Sequence record: PV800129.1
Length of the DNA: 64,000 nt
Origin: Pseudomonas phage TIETA
Strand: one strand, 5' to 3'
Positions 20,015 through 27,930 of this stretch are shown here, piece after piece (the stretch's first letter is position 1; each line of letters starts with the position of its first letter). The notes beneath the pieces are model-generated. The model did no database searches and had not been told where the DNA came from. It was given only the letters and a program-made list of their open reading frames with translations. A program made the position numbers and the translations under genes.

Positions 20015-20329
20015 ATGACAAGGAAACAAGACTGGCCGCTGATTTCAGCAGTCGGAGCTTTGTTTATCTCCCTCCTTGTCTGTATGGCTATTCTGGCTTT
20101 CACAGCGATGACTCCCGAGGCTCGGTTTGACTCTGTACGCCAGACCTACGAGATTCGAATTAGCGAATCTGAGCGGCGGTATGAACTCAAACTGAACAGA
20201 CTACAGGATCAGATAAACTCAGCCTCGTACACACAAGACCGGCAATCCCGCTTGCAATATGAAGAACTCGACTCGCTTAAAAGGAAGATTAGCGAACTTG
20301 AGCGGAAAATAAAAGAAAAACAAGAATAG
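20015..20329 (+). CDS. membrane-anchored coiled-coil protein
   Basis: 104 aa, N-terminal TM then coiled coil (ELERKIKEKQE); last + strand gene before the bidirectional terminator. Confidence 0.45.
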   Translation: MTRKQDWPLISAVGALFISLLVCMAILAFTAMTPEARFDSVRQTYEIRISESERRYELKLNRLQDQINSASYTQDRQSRLQYEELDSLKRKISELERKIKEKQE

Positions 20330-20333
20330 TTAA

Positions 20334-20368
20334 GCCCCGGAAGCGAAAGCTTGCCGGGGCTCTTTGTT
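20334..20368. terminator. bidirectional rho-independent terminator between convergent operons
   Basis: GCCCCGG-n13-CCGGGGC hairpin flanked by A-rich (left) and T-rich (right) tracts, between the + gene ending 20329 and the - gene ending 20377. Confidence 0.6.
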
Positions 20369-20376
20369 ATGGGTTT

Positions 20377-20685
20377 TCAGCGAACAACTTGATAAACTTC
20401 GTCGAACAGTTCGTCAAGCTTCTGGATAACCTTTTTAGCCAGCTTCTTGCGAACTTTGTTAGCCTCTGGGCCGGAATGGAGTAGCTTCATATCGGTCGCG
20501 TTGCCCCAGTCCATCGCCCCGTTGTCGAACAGCACTTTAACATTCAGATGCATCGAGGCCGAGTCAATATCGACAACTACGCCGGTCGTCCGGGCGTTGG
20601 TCTTTTCGAAGGTAGGCCTTGGCATGTCTGTGTCCAGACTGCCAACCATAACAACCTGCCCTTTCTTAACGTCAGATAGTTCCAT
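20377..20685 (-). CDS. hypothetical protein (leftward island)
   Basis: 102 aa; RBS AAGGAGG. Confidence 0.5.
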   Translation of the reverse strand: MELSDVKKGQVVMVGSLDTDMPRPTFEKTNARTTGVVVDIDSASMHLNVKVLFDNGAMDWGNATDMKLLHSGPEANKVRKKLAKKVIQKLDELFDEVYQVVR

Positions 20686-20695
20686 TAAAACCTCC

Positions 20696-21016
20696 TTAAT
20701 CTAACCTCATTAGTGTGTTGAACTGATGCCTCAGAGACTTAAAAGCCTGTGGTCCGTCGTCTTCCGCTCCTTCATGAATGTGATGAGCTATAAGGTGTAT
20801 CAGTCCTCTGTCTCCCAGCAAAATAGAGCTAGGAATCTCTTTTATCCAAGCTACAAAGCAGCAGAAGTGCAATACCTCCGGCATAGAAGCCTTGAAGCTG
20901 GAATCGTCCAGCTTCGACAGGCGGTTATACGTGGCTTTGAGATCGGGATAACTCAACTCATACGTTGCATAATCGTCGATGTGCTCATCACCACTCACCA
21001 TATATTGCAAGCTCAT
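20696..21016 (-). CDS. hypothetical protein (His-rich HHIHEGAEDD motif)
   Basis: 107 aa from ATG 21016, overlapping the stop of the upstream gene; the longer ORF to 21070 is unlikely. Confidence 0.4.
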   Translation of the reverse strand: MSLQYMVSGDEHIDDYATYELSYPDLKATYNRLSKLDDSSFKASMPEVLHFCCFVAWIKEIPSSILLGDRGLIHLIAHHIHEGAEDDGPQAFKSLRHQFNTLMRLD

Positions 21017-21017
21017 T

Positions 21018-21827
21018 CTACACCTTCTTGCCGCCTTCTGCAAGGCGAGCTTCCCTCTTGTGGTCTGCACGAGTCATGTTGTACTCGATCTTCTCGATCA
21101 TAGCCCCTGCAACATCCAGACCCCGTACATTCGCATAGTCCATGATACGAATGGTAGCGTCTGCCAGTTCCACCTCTTCCATCTTCCGCTCTGGCAAGTG
21201 ATCGTCCATCAAATCCTTACGGACGCCTTCAGCAGCTTCCGCAATTTCAGTGGTAACGAGCATCAGCATGTGCAGAGCATCACGTTGAATAGGCTCTCCT
21301 GTGACAAGATCAGTATTCCACTTGCGATTAACAACCTCCAGACCAGTCATCATGTTGTTAAAACCGTTCACAAACTCGAAAACGGATTCACGTTCGAATA
21401 GCTCACCGAACGTCGGCTCCTGATCCTCAACAATTGCAGTGCTGAAAGGCCACTCCATCCAAGCATCGTGGAATTTTTTGATAAGCTCTTGTTCATCAAT
21501 GTACGAGAAGGCCACCTGTCCATCGATCACATTGATAGCTTCGGCTCCCTCCATCCAAATGCACGTACCAATAATACTTGGATCGATTCGCAGAGAAGTC
21601 TTGTAGACTTCTTTCCACGATCTCCATCCTACCATACCATTGCCAAAGTACACAAGGAGTGGCATATAGAATCCTCGCTTTTCCTGCTCTGGAGTTTCTA
21701 TAACTACAACAAACGCCGGAACTTTCTCCCCATCTGGGCGTTCAGTCAGTACGAAGTCTCCCAAGTTGACATTCTCCCGACTAGCTGGGCGAAGAGCTTC
21801 CTCGATATGGTCTTTAACTTTACTCAT
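21018..21827 (-). CDS. two-domain protein with C-terminal MazG-like nucleotide pyrophosphohydrolase domain
   Basis: 269 aa from ATG 21827 (RBS GAGGAGG); C-terminal TTEIAEAAE...EEVELADATIRIMDYA resembles the MazG/HisE EExxE motifs; N-terminal about 150 aa unknown. Confidence 0.45.
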   Translation of the reverse strand: MSKVKDHIEEALRPASRENVNLGDFVLTERPDGEKVPAFVVVIETPEQEKRGFYMPLLVYFGNGMVGWRSWKEVYKTSLRIDPSIIGTCIWMEGAEAINVIDGQVAFSYIDEQELIKKFHDAWMEWPFSTAIVEDQEPTFGELFERESVFEFVNGFNNMMTGLEVVNRKWNTDLVTGEPIQRDALHMLMLVTTEIAEAAEGVRKDLMDDHLPERKMEEVELADATIRIMDYANVRGLDVAGAMIEKIEYNMTRADHKREARLAEGGKKV

Positions 21828-21978
21828 TAACTTCGTCCTCCTCACAGAACATTTCAAAATAACAATCACAGCATACCAGCATGCCGCCGTCATTTACAAT
21901 TTCTTCGACCGGGAGAATGCTTCCACAGCATTCACACCCAGCCCGTTCGACACCACCTGCACAGGCCCAATAGTCCAT
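21820..21978 (-). CDS. Cys-rich mini-protein (zinc-ribbon-like)
   Basis: 52 codons MDYWACAGG...CECCGS...CCDCYFEMFCEE; RBS GGAGGG; overlaps the start of the MazG-like gene. Confidence 0.3.
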   Translation of the reverse strand: MDYWACAGGVERAGCECCGSILPVEEIVNDGGMLVCCDCYFEMFCEEDEVNE

Positions 21979-21990
21979 CTTCACCCTCCT

Positions 21991-23142
21991 TCACTCCTCC
22001 TTCAGAAGGTACTCGTTGCTAATAACCTTGAAACTAAAGTCTCGGCTCATGCTTTTGAACACCAAACCTTCCCGGTACTTACCGTTCAACGCAGACTCTC
22101 CGCTAGCCATTTCAATTACATCTTGCATGTCTTTTGGAACGCCTACGTCCCACATGTACACCGGCACATGTTTAACATCCTCTTCGCCGTCATCAGCTAG
22201 CGCGTTCAGGATTCCCAGAGTGGCCAGTCGCTCTTCTGGAAGATAGTAACGACTCTCCGAAATGTTGTAGATATCGTACACATAGTATTCCGGTTTGTCA
22301 ACTCCCTCGAAGTTGCCTTGAATATTCGGTGCAACCAGTTCACCCTGAAGGGCGATATTTAGACCAAACTCCCGGAGACGTTCACCAAGATTAAGCTCTT
22401 CTGCCATCGCAGTGAAGTGATTGGAGTCTTTCTTAATCACACGCTTCCAGCCACGACCCTTAAAGAAGTTCTTGACAGCCGTGAAGAACCCGATCTTCTC
22501 GTCTTCCAGACGGAAACCGACATTTCGAGACGCCACGCCTACTTCTCCATCCTTGTGCCAGATGGTGAGAGACGAGCCGTCCAGCTTGAATGTCACTTCA
22601 AACTTCTCGTCCTTCTGATGAGCCTGATCGTAAGCCATCTGAATATTCTGTACGCGGGCCTGATCCGTTTTCGGGATGAAGTTGGGGAACCCTAGCTTAG
22701 AGGTGCCTTTTCGGTCGCCCTTAGCCTTTGCTCCGCCGTCAATAGCCGCCTGTTCTGAAGGCTTGACATACTTCAGAATACCCATCTGGTCAGTGAGGTC
22801 TTGATCCTCTTTAAGATTAGGAAGGCCGGCAGCATCAACAGGCACGATCAGACCTTGGCTAAGCTCTTTACGCAGCTTCATAGTTTTGATCCGAGAATAT
22901 TCTTTTCCATCCCGCTCAACCATATTACGGCCTCGCAGGAATTCAAAGATAGGGTTGTCCATAGGGACCATGGAATCCACTTCAATGTAGATTGCCAGAT
23001 CACCAGCCTGATACTCACCTCGTTTGATTACGCACTGCCAGCCACCAACAAGCGCCAGATCAAGGCTGTCAGCGTTAGGATGGGTCTTCACATCGTCGAT
23101 ACGCACCACTCGGGCTAGTACGCGGTCTTGGGAATTGCTCAT
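21991..23142 (-). CDS. ATP-dependent RNA ligase with N-terminal tRNA-binding (Myf/CsaA-like OB) domain
   Basis: 383 aa; N-terminal VKTHPNADSLDLALVGG...GDLAIY matches the tRNA-binding OB consensus; nucleotidyltransferase motif I FKLDGSS (KxDG); RBS AAGGAGG. Confidence 0.6.
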   Translation of the reverse strand: MSNSQDRVLARVVRIDDVKTHPNADSLDLALVGGWQCVIKRGEYQAGDLAIYIEVDSMVPMDNPIFEFLRGRNMVERDGKEYSRIKTMKLRKELSQGLIVPVDAAGLPNLKEDQDLTDQMGILKYVKPSEQAAIDGGAKAKGDRKGTSKLGFPNFIPKTDQARVQNIQMAYDQAHQKDEKFEVTFKLDGSSLTIWHKDGEVGVASRNVGFRLEDEKIGFFTAVKNFFKGRGWKRVIKKDSNHFTAMAEELNLGERLREFGLNIALQGELVAPNIQGNFEGVDKPEYYVYDIYNISESRYYLPEERLATLGILNALADDGEEDVKHVPVYMWDVGVPKDMQDVIEMASGESALNGKYREGLVFKSMSRDFSFKVISNEYLLKEE

Positions 23143-23173
23143 ATATTTCCTCCTTTATTTTAAATTTACTAGA

Positions 23174-23407
23174 TTAATTGTCAAACCAACCGAGATTAAG
23201 GGCGTGCTCCAAGGCTGCGAGAAGATTCTCAGCGTCCATGCGGTCGCTAATTGACACGCGGCGCCATGTGATGCCCTCTTTGTTTCTAGCTACAATATAG
23301 GCCGAGGAACTATCTCTTCCCTTTATTAACGAGCTTGCAAACTCAGTCTTTCCCCCGAACACTATCTCGCTAACTTTTTGGGACGGCTCTCGAATATCAA
23401 TCTTCAT
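23174..23407 (-). CDS. small protein, paralog A (MKIDIR...EVSEIVFG...DAENLLxALExAxxLGWF)
   Basis: 78 aa from ATG 23407 with RBS AAGGAG; clearly paralogous to 23445..23678. Confidence 0.55.
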   Translation of the reverse strand: MKIDIREPSQKVSEIVFGGKTEFASSLIKGRDSSSAYIVARNKEGITWRRVSISDRMDAENLLAALEHALNLGWFDN

Positions 23408-23444
23408 CGTGCTCTCCTTGTTAAAAATTGTTAGATTTGATAGA

Positions 23445-23678
23445 TTACTTGTTAAACCAACCGAGGTCAATAGCTCGCTCTAAGGCCAGTAGCAGATTTT
23501 CAGCATCTAGAAGGTCACGGATCGCGATCCAACTGCCGCTGTCTCCCGGTAGACCATCTGTGATATATACAGGTATGTCGCTGTACTCGCTCTTTTTAAG
23601 CCCGCAGGCACAGGCTACATTGTCTCCGAAGACAATCTCGCTGACTTCCCTTGCCTCGTCTCGAATATCAATCTTCAT
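23445..23678 (-). CDS. small protein, paralog B; first gene of the leftward operon
   Basis: 78 aa from ATG 23678 with RBS AGGAG; the longer ORF to 23807 would run into the promoter region. Confidence 0.55.
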   Translation of the reverse strand: MKIDIRDEAREVSEIVFGDNVACACGLKKSEYSDIPVYITDGLPGDSGSWIAIRDLLDAENLLLALERAIDLGWFNK

Positions 23679-23712
23679 TATGTTTTTCTCCTGTTGTGTT
23701 GAAAGTCGTTGT

Positions 23713-23741
23713 ATTCTGCCCGGATATCTTCGCAGTGTCAA
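23713..23741 (-). promoter_or_regulatory. sigma70-type promoter for the leftward island
   Basis: minus strand TTGACA-17-CAGAAT; the -35 lies 5 bp from the -35 of the divergent rightward promoter. Confidence 0.4.
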
Positions 23742-23746
23742 TAGCC

Positions 23747-23774
23747 TTGACAAGAAAATAATCCGTGGTAAAGT
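23747..23774 (+). promoter_or_regulatory. sigma70-type promoter (rightward, divergent from the leftward promoter)
   Basis: TTGACA-16-TAAAGT; transcribes about 280 nt of non-coding leader before a second promoter. Confidence 0.45.
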
Positions 23775-23775
23775 G

Positions 23776-24058
23776 TGAGGCCTGCTGGAGAGAAATGTCC
23801 ACGTCACTCACCGGCCAGCAGTATAGCGTATGAAGAGGAAAGCTGCAAGCGCATCCTGAGTCGAATCTGAGAACAGGGCAGCGACGACCCGTAAGGGGAA
23901 AGCTCAGAGCCTATAAGGAGCCCATGCTCCCCGCTCACCGACTCATCTGCATAATGAGAGCGAGAGGCAGACCAGAGGCATGTCTTAGGCGGAAAAATCC
24001 GTATGGCAAGCCTAGGGACAGGTCTGCCTCCACTACCGATCTATCTGCATACAAGAAC
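23776..24058 (+). ncRNA. candidate structured leader / small RNA region
   Basis: about 280 nt without a convincing ORF, between two promoters; inverted repeats CCTGCTGG/CCAGCAGG and GGCAGACC/GGTCTGCC could form stems. Confidence 0.25.
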
Positions 24059-24087
24059 TTGACAGTATCCTGTAAACCGTGTAGAGT
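24059..24087 (+). promoter_or_regulatory. sigma70-type promoter
   Basis: TTGACA-17-TAGAGT, 31 nt upstream of the ATG at 24119. Confidence 0.55.
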
Positions 24088-24118
24088 AATCTCAAATCAA
24101 CCGCAGAGGAGTGTATAA

Positions 24119-24316
24119 ATGAAGCATGTTATTCACCGTGAAGACCTTATCGACCTACTACGTGATCGTATGAAGCTTGAAGCTCTAGAAGCTGGCGGGG
24201 TGGACAACTGGGACTGGTATGAGGCCTCGCTAATCGACTGCGGATACTTCGATGACGATGGCCGGGAGCTAGAGGTCGAAGCTCTTGCAGATTGCTTCCC
24301 AACCGTAGGTGCGTAA
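24119..24316 (+). CDS. hypothetical acidic protein
   Basis: 65 aa; RBS GAGGAG. Confidence 0.5.
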   Translation: MKHVIHREDLIDLLRDRMKLEALEAGGVDNWDWYEASLIDCGYFDDDGRELEVEALADCFPTVGA

Positions 24317-24804
24317 CCGTGGAGGAGTCGAAAGCTACCTTCAAAGACCCTTACCCTAGGTTCTTCGACGCTTCTCGTAGGTATGGCGAAACCAACGACT
24401 GCATGGTGGTGAGCTTTGCAGTCGTATGGAACACCACCTATGAAAAGGCACACCAGCACCTGAAAGTGAAGTGCAAGCGCGGTTACCGGCAAGGGGCTAC
24501 TCAGAAGCGCTTCAGCTACGCAGACACTTGGTGCCCTAAGACCCGGATGCTCTACCGGGAGGATGCTAAGGATAAGACTCTTAGGCAGTTTGCTGAGGAA
24601 AACCCTGAAGGTCGGTTCTGGATCACGGTAAAGGGTCACGCTATTGCAATCATCGACGGAGTGTTGTACGATCACACTAATGACAAAAGACGCACCATCT
24701 GGCACTGCTGGCAAGTGTGGCCCGGGGAGGCACCTGAGAAAATCGAGAGGAAGCCTGATCCAATCTCACCTCCTGTGAGAAAGGCCCCAGATTGGTATGT
24801 CTGA
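24292..24804 (+). CDS. hypothetical protein (start uncertain)
   Basis: ORF open from 24292; candidate starts ATG 24292, GTG 24319, ATG 24403. Confidence 0.4.
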   Translation: MLPNRRCVTVEESKATFKDPYPRFFDASRRYGETNDCMVVSFAVVWNTTYEKAHQHLKVKCKRGYRQGATQKRFSYADTWCPKTRMLYREDAKDKTLRQFAEENPEGRFWITVKGHAIAIIDGVLYDHTNDKRRTIWHCWQVWPGEAPEKIERKPDPISPPVRKAPDWYV

Positions 24805-24826
24805 AGATTACAACTGAGGAGGAATT

Positions 24827-25081
24827 ATGGAAATTATTTCGAGAGGGACGCTCCCTCAAGAGGTTTTGTTTACGGCTAAGTGCCACCACTGCTTGAGCAT
24901 TCTCCGGGCTAAGAGGTCGGAACTTGAGTATGTTTCGTTCTCATTCTGCCGTCCCGGAGAGACGGGATACTACTCCGCAGAATGCCCTGTCTGTCACGAA
25001 GAGGTGACTGCTTGGGTTGCAGTCCCTGTCACCCATGTAGCACCTCCTACGACAGAGTACGTAGCAAAGGGGCGTGAATAA
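24827..25081 (+). CDS. small Cys/His zinc-binding-like protein
   Basis: 84 aa with CHHC...CPVCHEE; RBS GAGGAGG. Confidence 0.45.
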   Translation: MEIISRGTLPQEVLFTAKCHHCLSILRAKRSELEYVSFSFCRPGETGYYSAECPVCHEEVTAWVAVPVTHVAPPTTEYVAKGRE

Positions 25082-25082
25082 C

Positions 25083-25472
25083 ATGGATCAATTAGCGGGT
25101 TTTATGGGCGAACCTTTTGTAATTGCATTCGATTATGATGAGACAATCAGTCTCTACCCTCTTGCCTTCCGAATCGTCATGGATACCTTCAGGGGCTTTG
25201 GAGGCGCTTTCAATGTGATCGTAGTCACTGCACGCCACCCTGACAACAGCGGAGAGTTAGAGTGGCTACGGGACTACGGGTTCCCGATCTATTTCACGGC
25301 ACAGAAGGCAAAGCGACCATTCATGGAAAATCTTGGAATAAAAGTCTCTGTATGGGTTGACGACAACCCGTTCAGCGTGGATAATGACCTTCCTCCGTGG
25401 ACAGTGGAGCAATACGATGCCTACATGGAGGCAAAGAAGCAACGAGCTATCAACAGAGGGAGTAAAGCATGA
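25083..25472 (+). CDS. HAD-superfamily phosphatase-like protein (possible nucleotide / polynucleotide 3-prime phosphatase)
   Basis: about 129 aa; N-terminal FDYDETIS resembles HAD motif I (DxDxT); alternative GTG start at 25074. Confidence 0.4.
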   Translation: MDQLAGFMGEPFVIAFDYDETISLYPLAFRIVMDTFRGFGGAFNVIVVTARHPDNSGELEWLRDYGFPIYFTAQKAKRPFMENLGIKVSVWVDDNPFSVDNDLPPWTVEQYDAYMEAKKQRAINRGSKA

Positions 25473-26134
25473 GCGAGATTATGAAGGTTGAAGTGGGAGA
25501 TCGGGTGGTCCTTAAGGCCTATTGCGATACATACACTGGATGTGCAAAGCGATGGGCGCAGGCGCATGGACGTTTGCATGAACTGCTAGCTACGGGGTTT
25601 GTAGAAGACAGTTGGGTCCACACCGACGAACTGGCCGGAGGCTTGAAAGGCACCGTTGTGATGACTGAACTGGGACTGAAGGAAGAGTGCTGTGCAGTAC
25701 GTCTAGACGCCTACACTGACCACAGGGCTGTTGTAGTTGTTGACGCTTCTGATCTTTACATCGCATGTAAGGCAGCAAAAGCTCCCGTAAGCACCCTAGA
25801 CGAGGCCTTCGGTTGTGACCACGACTACCTTATGGAATCTCCGGCTAACGCTCAGCGACTGAATGAGTCCGTCGAGCAGCTACGAACTGGCCAAGTCGTA
25901 GAAGTGGACGTGCCTGTGAGTGTAAATCAAGACGAAACCCCGCCTATCGTAGTGTATGTAGTAGAGAAGATTTACGATAGGAAAGGTAACGTACACCTCA
26001 TTCTACAGTATGAGGTAGCAGGGGCGCTAATCAGGACGGTGGTGGAACAGGGAGAACTCATTTACTTCTTGGATGAAATGCAAGGTATGTACTTGACCAA
26101 GATTCAACTGGAGGTGAACAATGGAGTTGTATGA
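25469..26134 (+). CDS. hypothetical protein
   Basis: 221 aa, ATGA-coupled. Confidence 0.5.
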   Translation: MSEIMKVEVGDRVVLKAYCDTYTGCAKRWAQAHGRLHELLATGFVEDSWVHTDELAGGLKGTVVMTELGLKEECCAVRLDAYTDHRAVVVVDASDLYIACKAAKAPVSTLDEAFGCDHDYLMESPANAQRLNESVEQLRTGQVVEVDVPVSVNQDETPPIVVYVVEKIYDRKGNVHLILQYEVAGALIRTVVEQGELIYFLDEMQGMYLTKIQLEVNNGVV

Positions 26135-26288
26135 CCAGTGGCGTAAGTATATGAGCGTTGTAATCTTAGAAGAAGAAGAAGATAATGAGCGTCAGTGCAT
26201 GCGGCTTATTGAGGCAGTTGGCGAACTCGATCCCTATATCCAAGATTTCCTAGATTCTTTCTCTATTAAAACTGAAGGAGGTGTGTAA
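26121..26288 (+). CDS. small acidic protein
   Basis: 55 aa, RBS GGAGGTG, overlaps the upstream gene end. Confidence 0.3.
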   Translation: MELYDQWRKYMSVVILEEEEDNERQCMRLIEAVGELDPYIQDFLDSFSIKTEGGV

Positions 26289-26290
26289 GC

Positions 26291-26593
26291 ATGAGTCAGA
26301 GTAAGCGTGATGAGATTGTAGTTGAAGCACGTGGGCTAGAGAGCTACTTCATTTCCCACTGGAACGGCTGGGATGTGATGGACACTGCTTGTCTCGGATT
26401 TTATATCAAACCTGAGTATGTTCTTGACCCGGATATTCGAGAGCTTGAGCCTAGCTTCTTGGAGCTTGATTTCGAGCGTTGCCGTTTCCGATTCTGGGGA
26501 AATGAAGACGAAGGCGTGGACGGCAAACTCATGGAGGGCAAGTTGCAGATTATGACCAACTCCTTCGAGTACGTCTTCTTCAAGGAGGTTTGA
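26291..26593 (+). CDS. hypothetical protein
   Basis: 100 aa; RBS AAGGAGGTG. Confidence 0.5.
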   Translation: MSQSKRDEIVVEARGLESYFISHWNGWDVMDTACLGFYIKPEYVLDPDIRELEPSFLELDFERCRFRFWGNEDEGVDGKLMEGKLQIMTNSFEYVFFKEV

Positions 26594-27016
26594 GTGGCTA
26601 GACAGACTTACGAGTCTGCATCAGATAGGGCGGTCGAGGAGGCCGTCCGTTCTGAGCTTGAAGGGCGGTGGAAGTGTTCTCTTCATAAGCTACCTAGAGC
26701 CCACTATATGGATTGGGCAGCCTGCCGGAATGGAAAGGTTGTTAGCTTTGTGGAGCTTAAGGCTCGGAATAATGAAATGCAGAAATATCCCGACTTCTTT
26801 GTGTCCCAGATGAAGTGGCTCCATGGGATCGAAATGCAAAGGGTGTTTGACATTCCCGCATTCCTTGTGGTAAAGTGGACGGACTATACAGGATATGTCA
26901 AAATGACAGCCAACGGCGTCAACTACATGAGCATGGGTGGCAGGATTGACCGTGGAGACTGGCAAGACCAAGAAGTTATGGTCCATATCCCGCTGAAAGA
27001 CTTCACACGTTTATAG
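26594..27016 (+). CDS. PD-(D/E)xK nuclease, T7 endonuclease I-like (Holliday junction resolvase, putative)
   Basis: 140 aa, GTG start after RBS GGAGG; DWAACRNGKVVSFVELKARN parallels T7 gp3 PDFLLPNGIFVETKG. Confidence 0.45.
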   Translation: MARQTYESASDRAVEEAVRSELEGRWKCSLHKLPRAHYMDWAACRNGKVVSFVELKARNNEMQKYPDFFVSQMKWLHGIEMQRVFDIPAFLVVKWTDYTGYVKMTANGVNYMSMGGRIDRGDWQDQEVMVHIPLKDFTRL

Positions 27017-27024
27017 GAGGCCAA

Positions 27025-27141
27025 ATGAAACGACTCTGCTACCGTTGTCTGCATCTTGGAGAGCCTGTCATGCTCCGTCATAAGACTGGCATCTGGTATA
27101 AGGGTTGCAGTAAATGTGGATCAGGAGTATTCTATGGCTAA
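27025..27141 (+). CDS. small zinc-ribbon protein
   Basis: 38 aa with CYRC...CSKC; RBS AGGAGG. Confidence 0.25.
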   Translation: MKRLCYRCLHLGEPVMLRHKTGIWYKGCSKCGSGVFYG

Positions 27142-27262
27142 GAAGAACCCCGTGTTCAAGTTTCTGAATACAGTAAACAAGCCCTCAGTGGAGAGGGATA
27201 AAACCAAATACAGGCGGAAGCCTAAGCACAAGAAGAAGGAGCGATTAAATGAAGAAGGGTGA
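27134..27262 (+). CDS. small basic protein
   Basis: 42 aa, Lys/Arg-rich; RBS AGGAG. Confidence 0.25.
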   Translation: MAKKNPVFKFLNTVNKPSVERDKTKYRRKPKHKKKERLNEEG

Positions 27263-27440
27263 TAAAGTGAGGATCAACGACGACGCTGATACCATCTTCC
27301 GGGGCCGTGTTGCCACTATCATCGCAGTAGACGAAGAGGGTTGCGTTATTGACGTGGGCAGCTACGAAGACGAAAGCGGAGAGCTTATCGAGTACCTGCA
27401 CCTGTTCTTCGAGCGTTCTGAGTTGTCCAAGCAGGTGTAG
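27249..27440 (+). CDS. hypothetical protein
   Basis: 63 aa; RBS AAGGAG. Confidence 0.4.
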   Translation: MKKGDKVRINDDADTIFRGRVATIIAVDEEGCVIDVGSYEDESGELIEYLHLFFERSELSKQV

Positions 27441-27449
27441 GAGGGTATA

Positions 27450-27695
27450 ATGAACGGACCCGAGTGCAGATGGTGCGGAGAGAAAACTGAAGCTGAGTTT
27501 GTAGACGTTGGGCTTGGATGGATGCAGCAAGTCACTGGAGGCATGTGTCACCAGTGTGGAGGGTATGAGAACGGTCACTACCAGAACGACGGAAGGCTCT
27601 CCGAGGTCGAGTTTGCCACCTACTGGAGTGGTCCGTTCGAAGATTATGCGGATTTCTCGCCATTCAATCATATGAGAGAAGGCGACTCGCCATGA
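27450..27695 (+). CDS. zinc-finger-like protein
   Basis: 81 aa with CRWCG...CHQCGG; RBS TAGGAGGG. Confidence 0.45.
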   Translation: MNGPECRWCGEKTEAEFVDVGLGWMQQVTGGMCHQCGGYENGHYQNDGRLSEVEFATYWSGPFEDYADFSPFNHMREGDSP

Positions 27696-27877
27696 AGGCT
27701 ACACTGAGAAACCACAATCTGCTATACATCTACTTCCACACGTTCTCGGAAATGAATGAGTGGTTGACAGAGAACGCTGTAGATCAGTGGACAGTCACTA
27801 CTCTGGGCTCCGGCTATCAAGTGGCTGTTCCTATGGACCGTGCAATGCGGGACCAATACGCCTCGGAGAGGGGTTGA
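27692..27877 (+). CDS. hypothetical protein
   Basis: 61 aa, ATGA-coupled. Confidence 0.4.
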   Translation: MKATLRNHNLLYIYFHTFSEMNEWLTENAVDQWTVTTLGSGYQVAVPMDRAMRDQYASERG

Positions 27878-27902
27878 CACGAACACAAGGTGATGCTAAA
27901 CT
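27874..27902 (+). promoter_or_regulatory. sigma70-type promoter upstream of primase-helicase
   Basis: TTGACA-17-TAAACT. Confidence 0.45.
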
Positions 27903-27930
27903 CCGTGGTTGTCTGAAGTAAGGAGGTTTT

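Noticed and set aside
20696-21070. Longer 124-aa version of the minus-strand gene overlapping the MazG-like gene by 52 nt
   Set aside because: An internal ATG at 21016 gives a standard 4-nt stop-start overlap with a plausible RBS; the extended N-terminus is probably not translated.
23776-24058. Retron msr/msd or tRNA in the structured noncoding stretch
   Set aside because: No reverse transcriptase gene nearby. No T-loop (GTTCRANYC) or cloverleaf geometry could be traced by eye. A generic sRNA/leader is the more conservative call.
23924-24118. 64-aa Arg-rich ORF preceded by AAGGAG and ending exactly at the next gene start
   Set aside because: Overlaps the 24059-24087 promoter, has a low-complexity composition and sits in a region with predicted RNA stems. 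Kept as part of the candidate leader/sRNA, but translation cannot be excluded.
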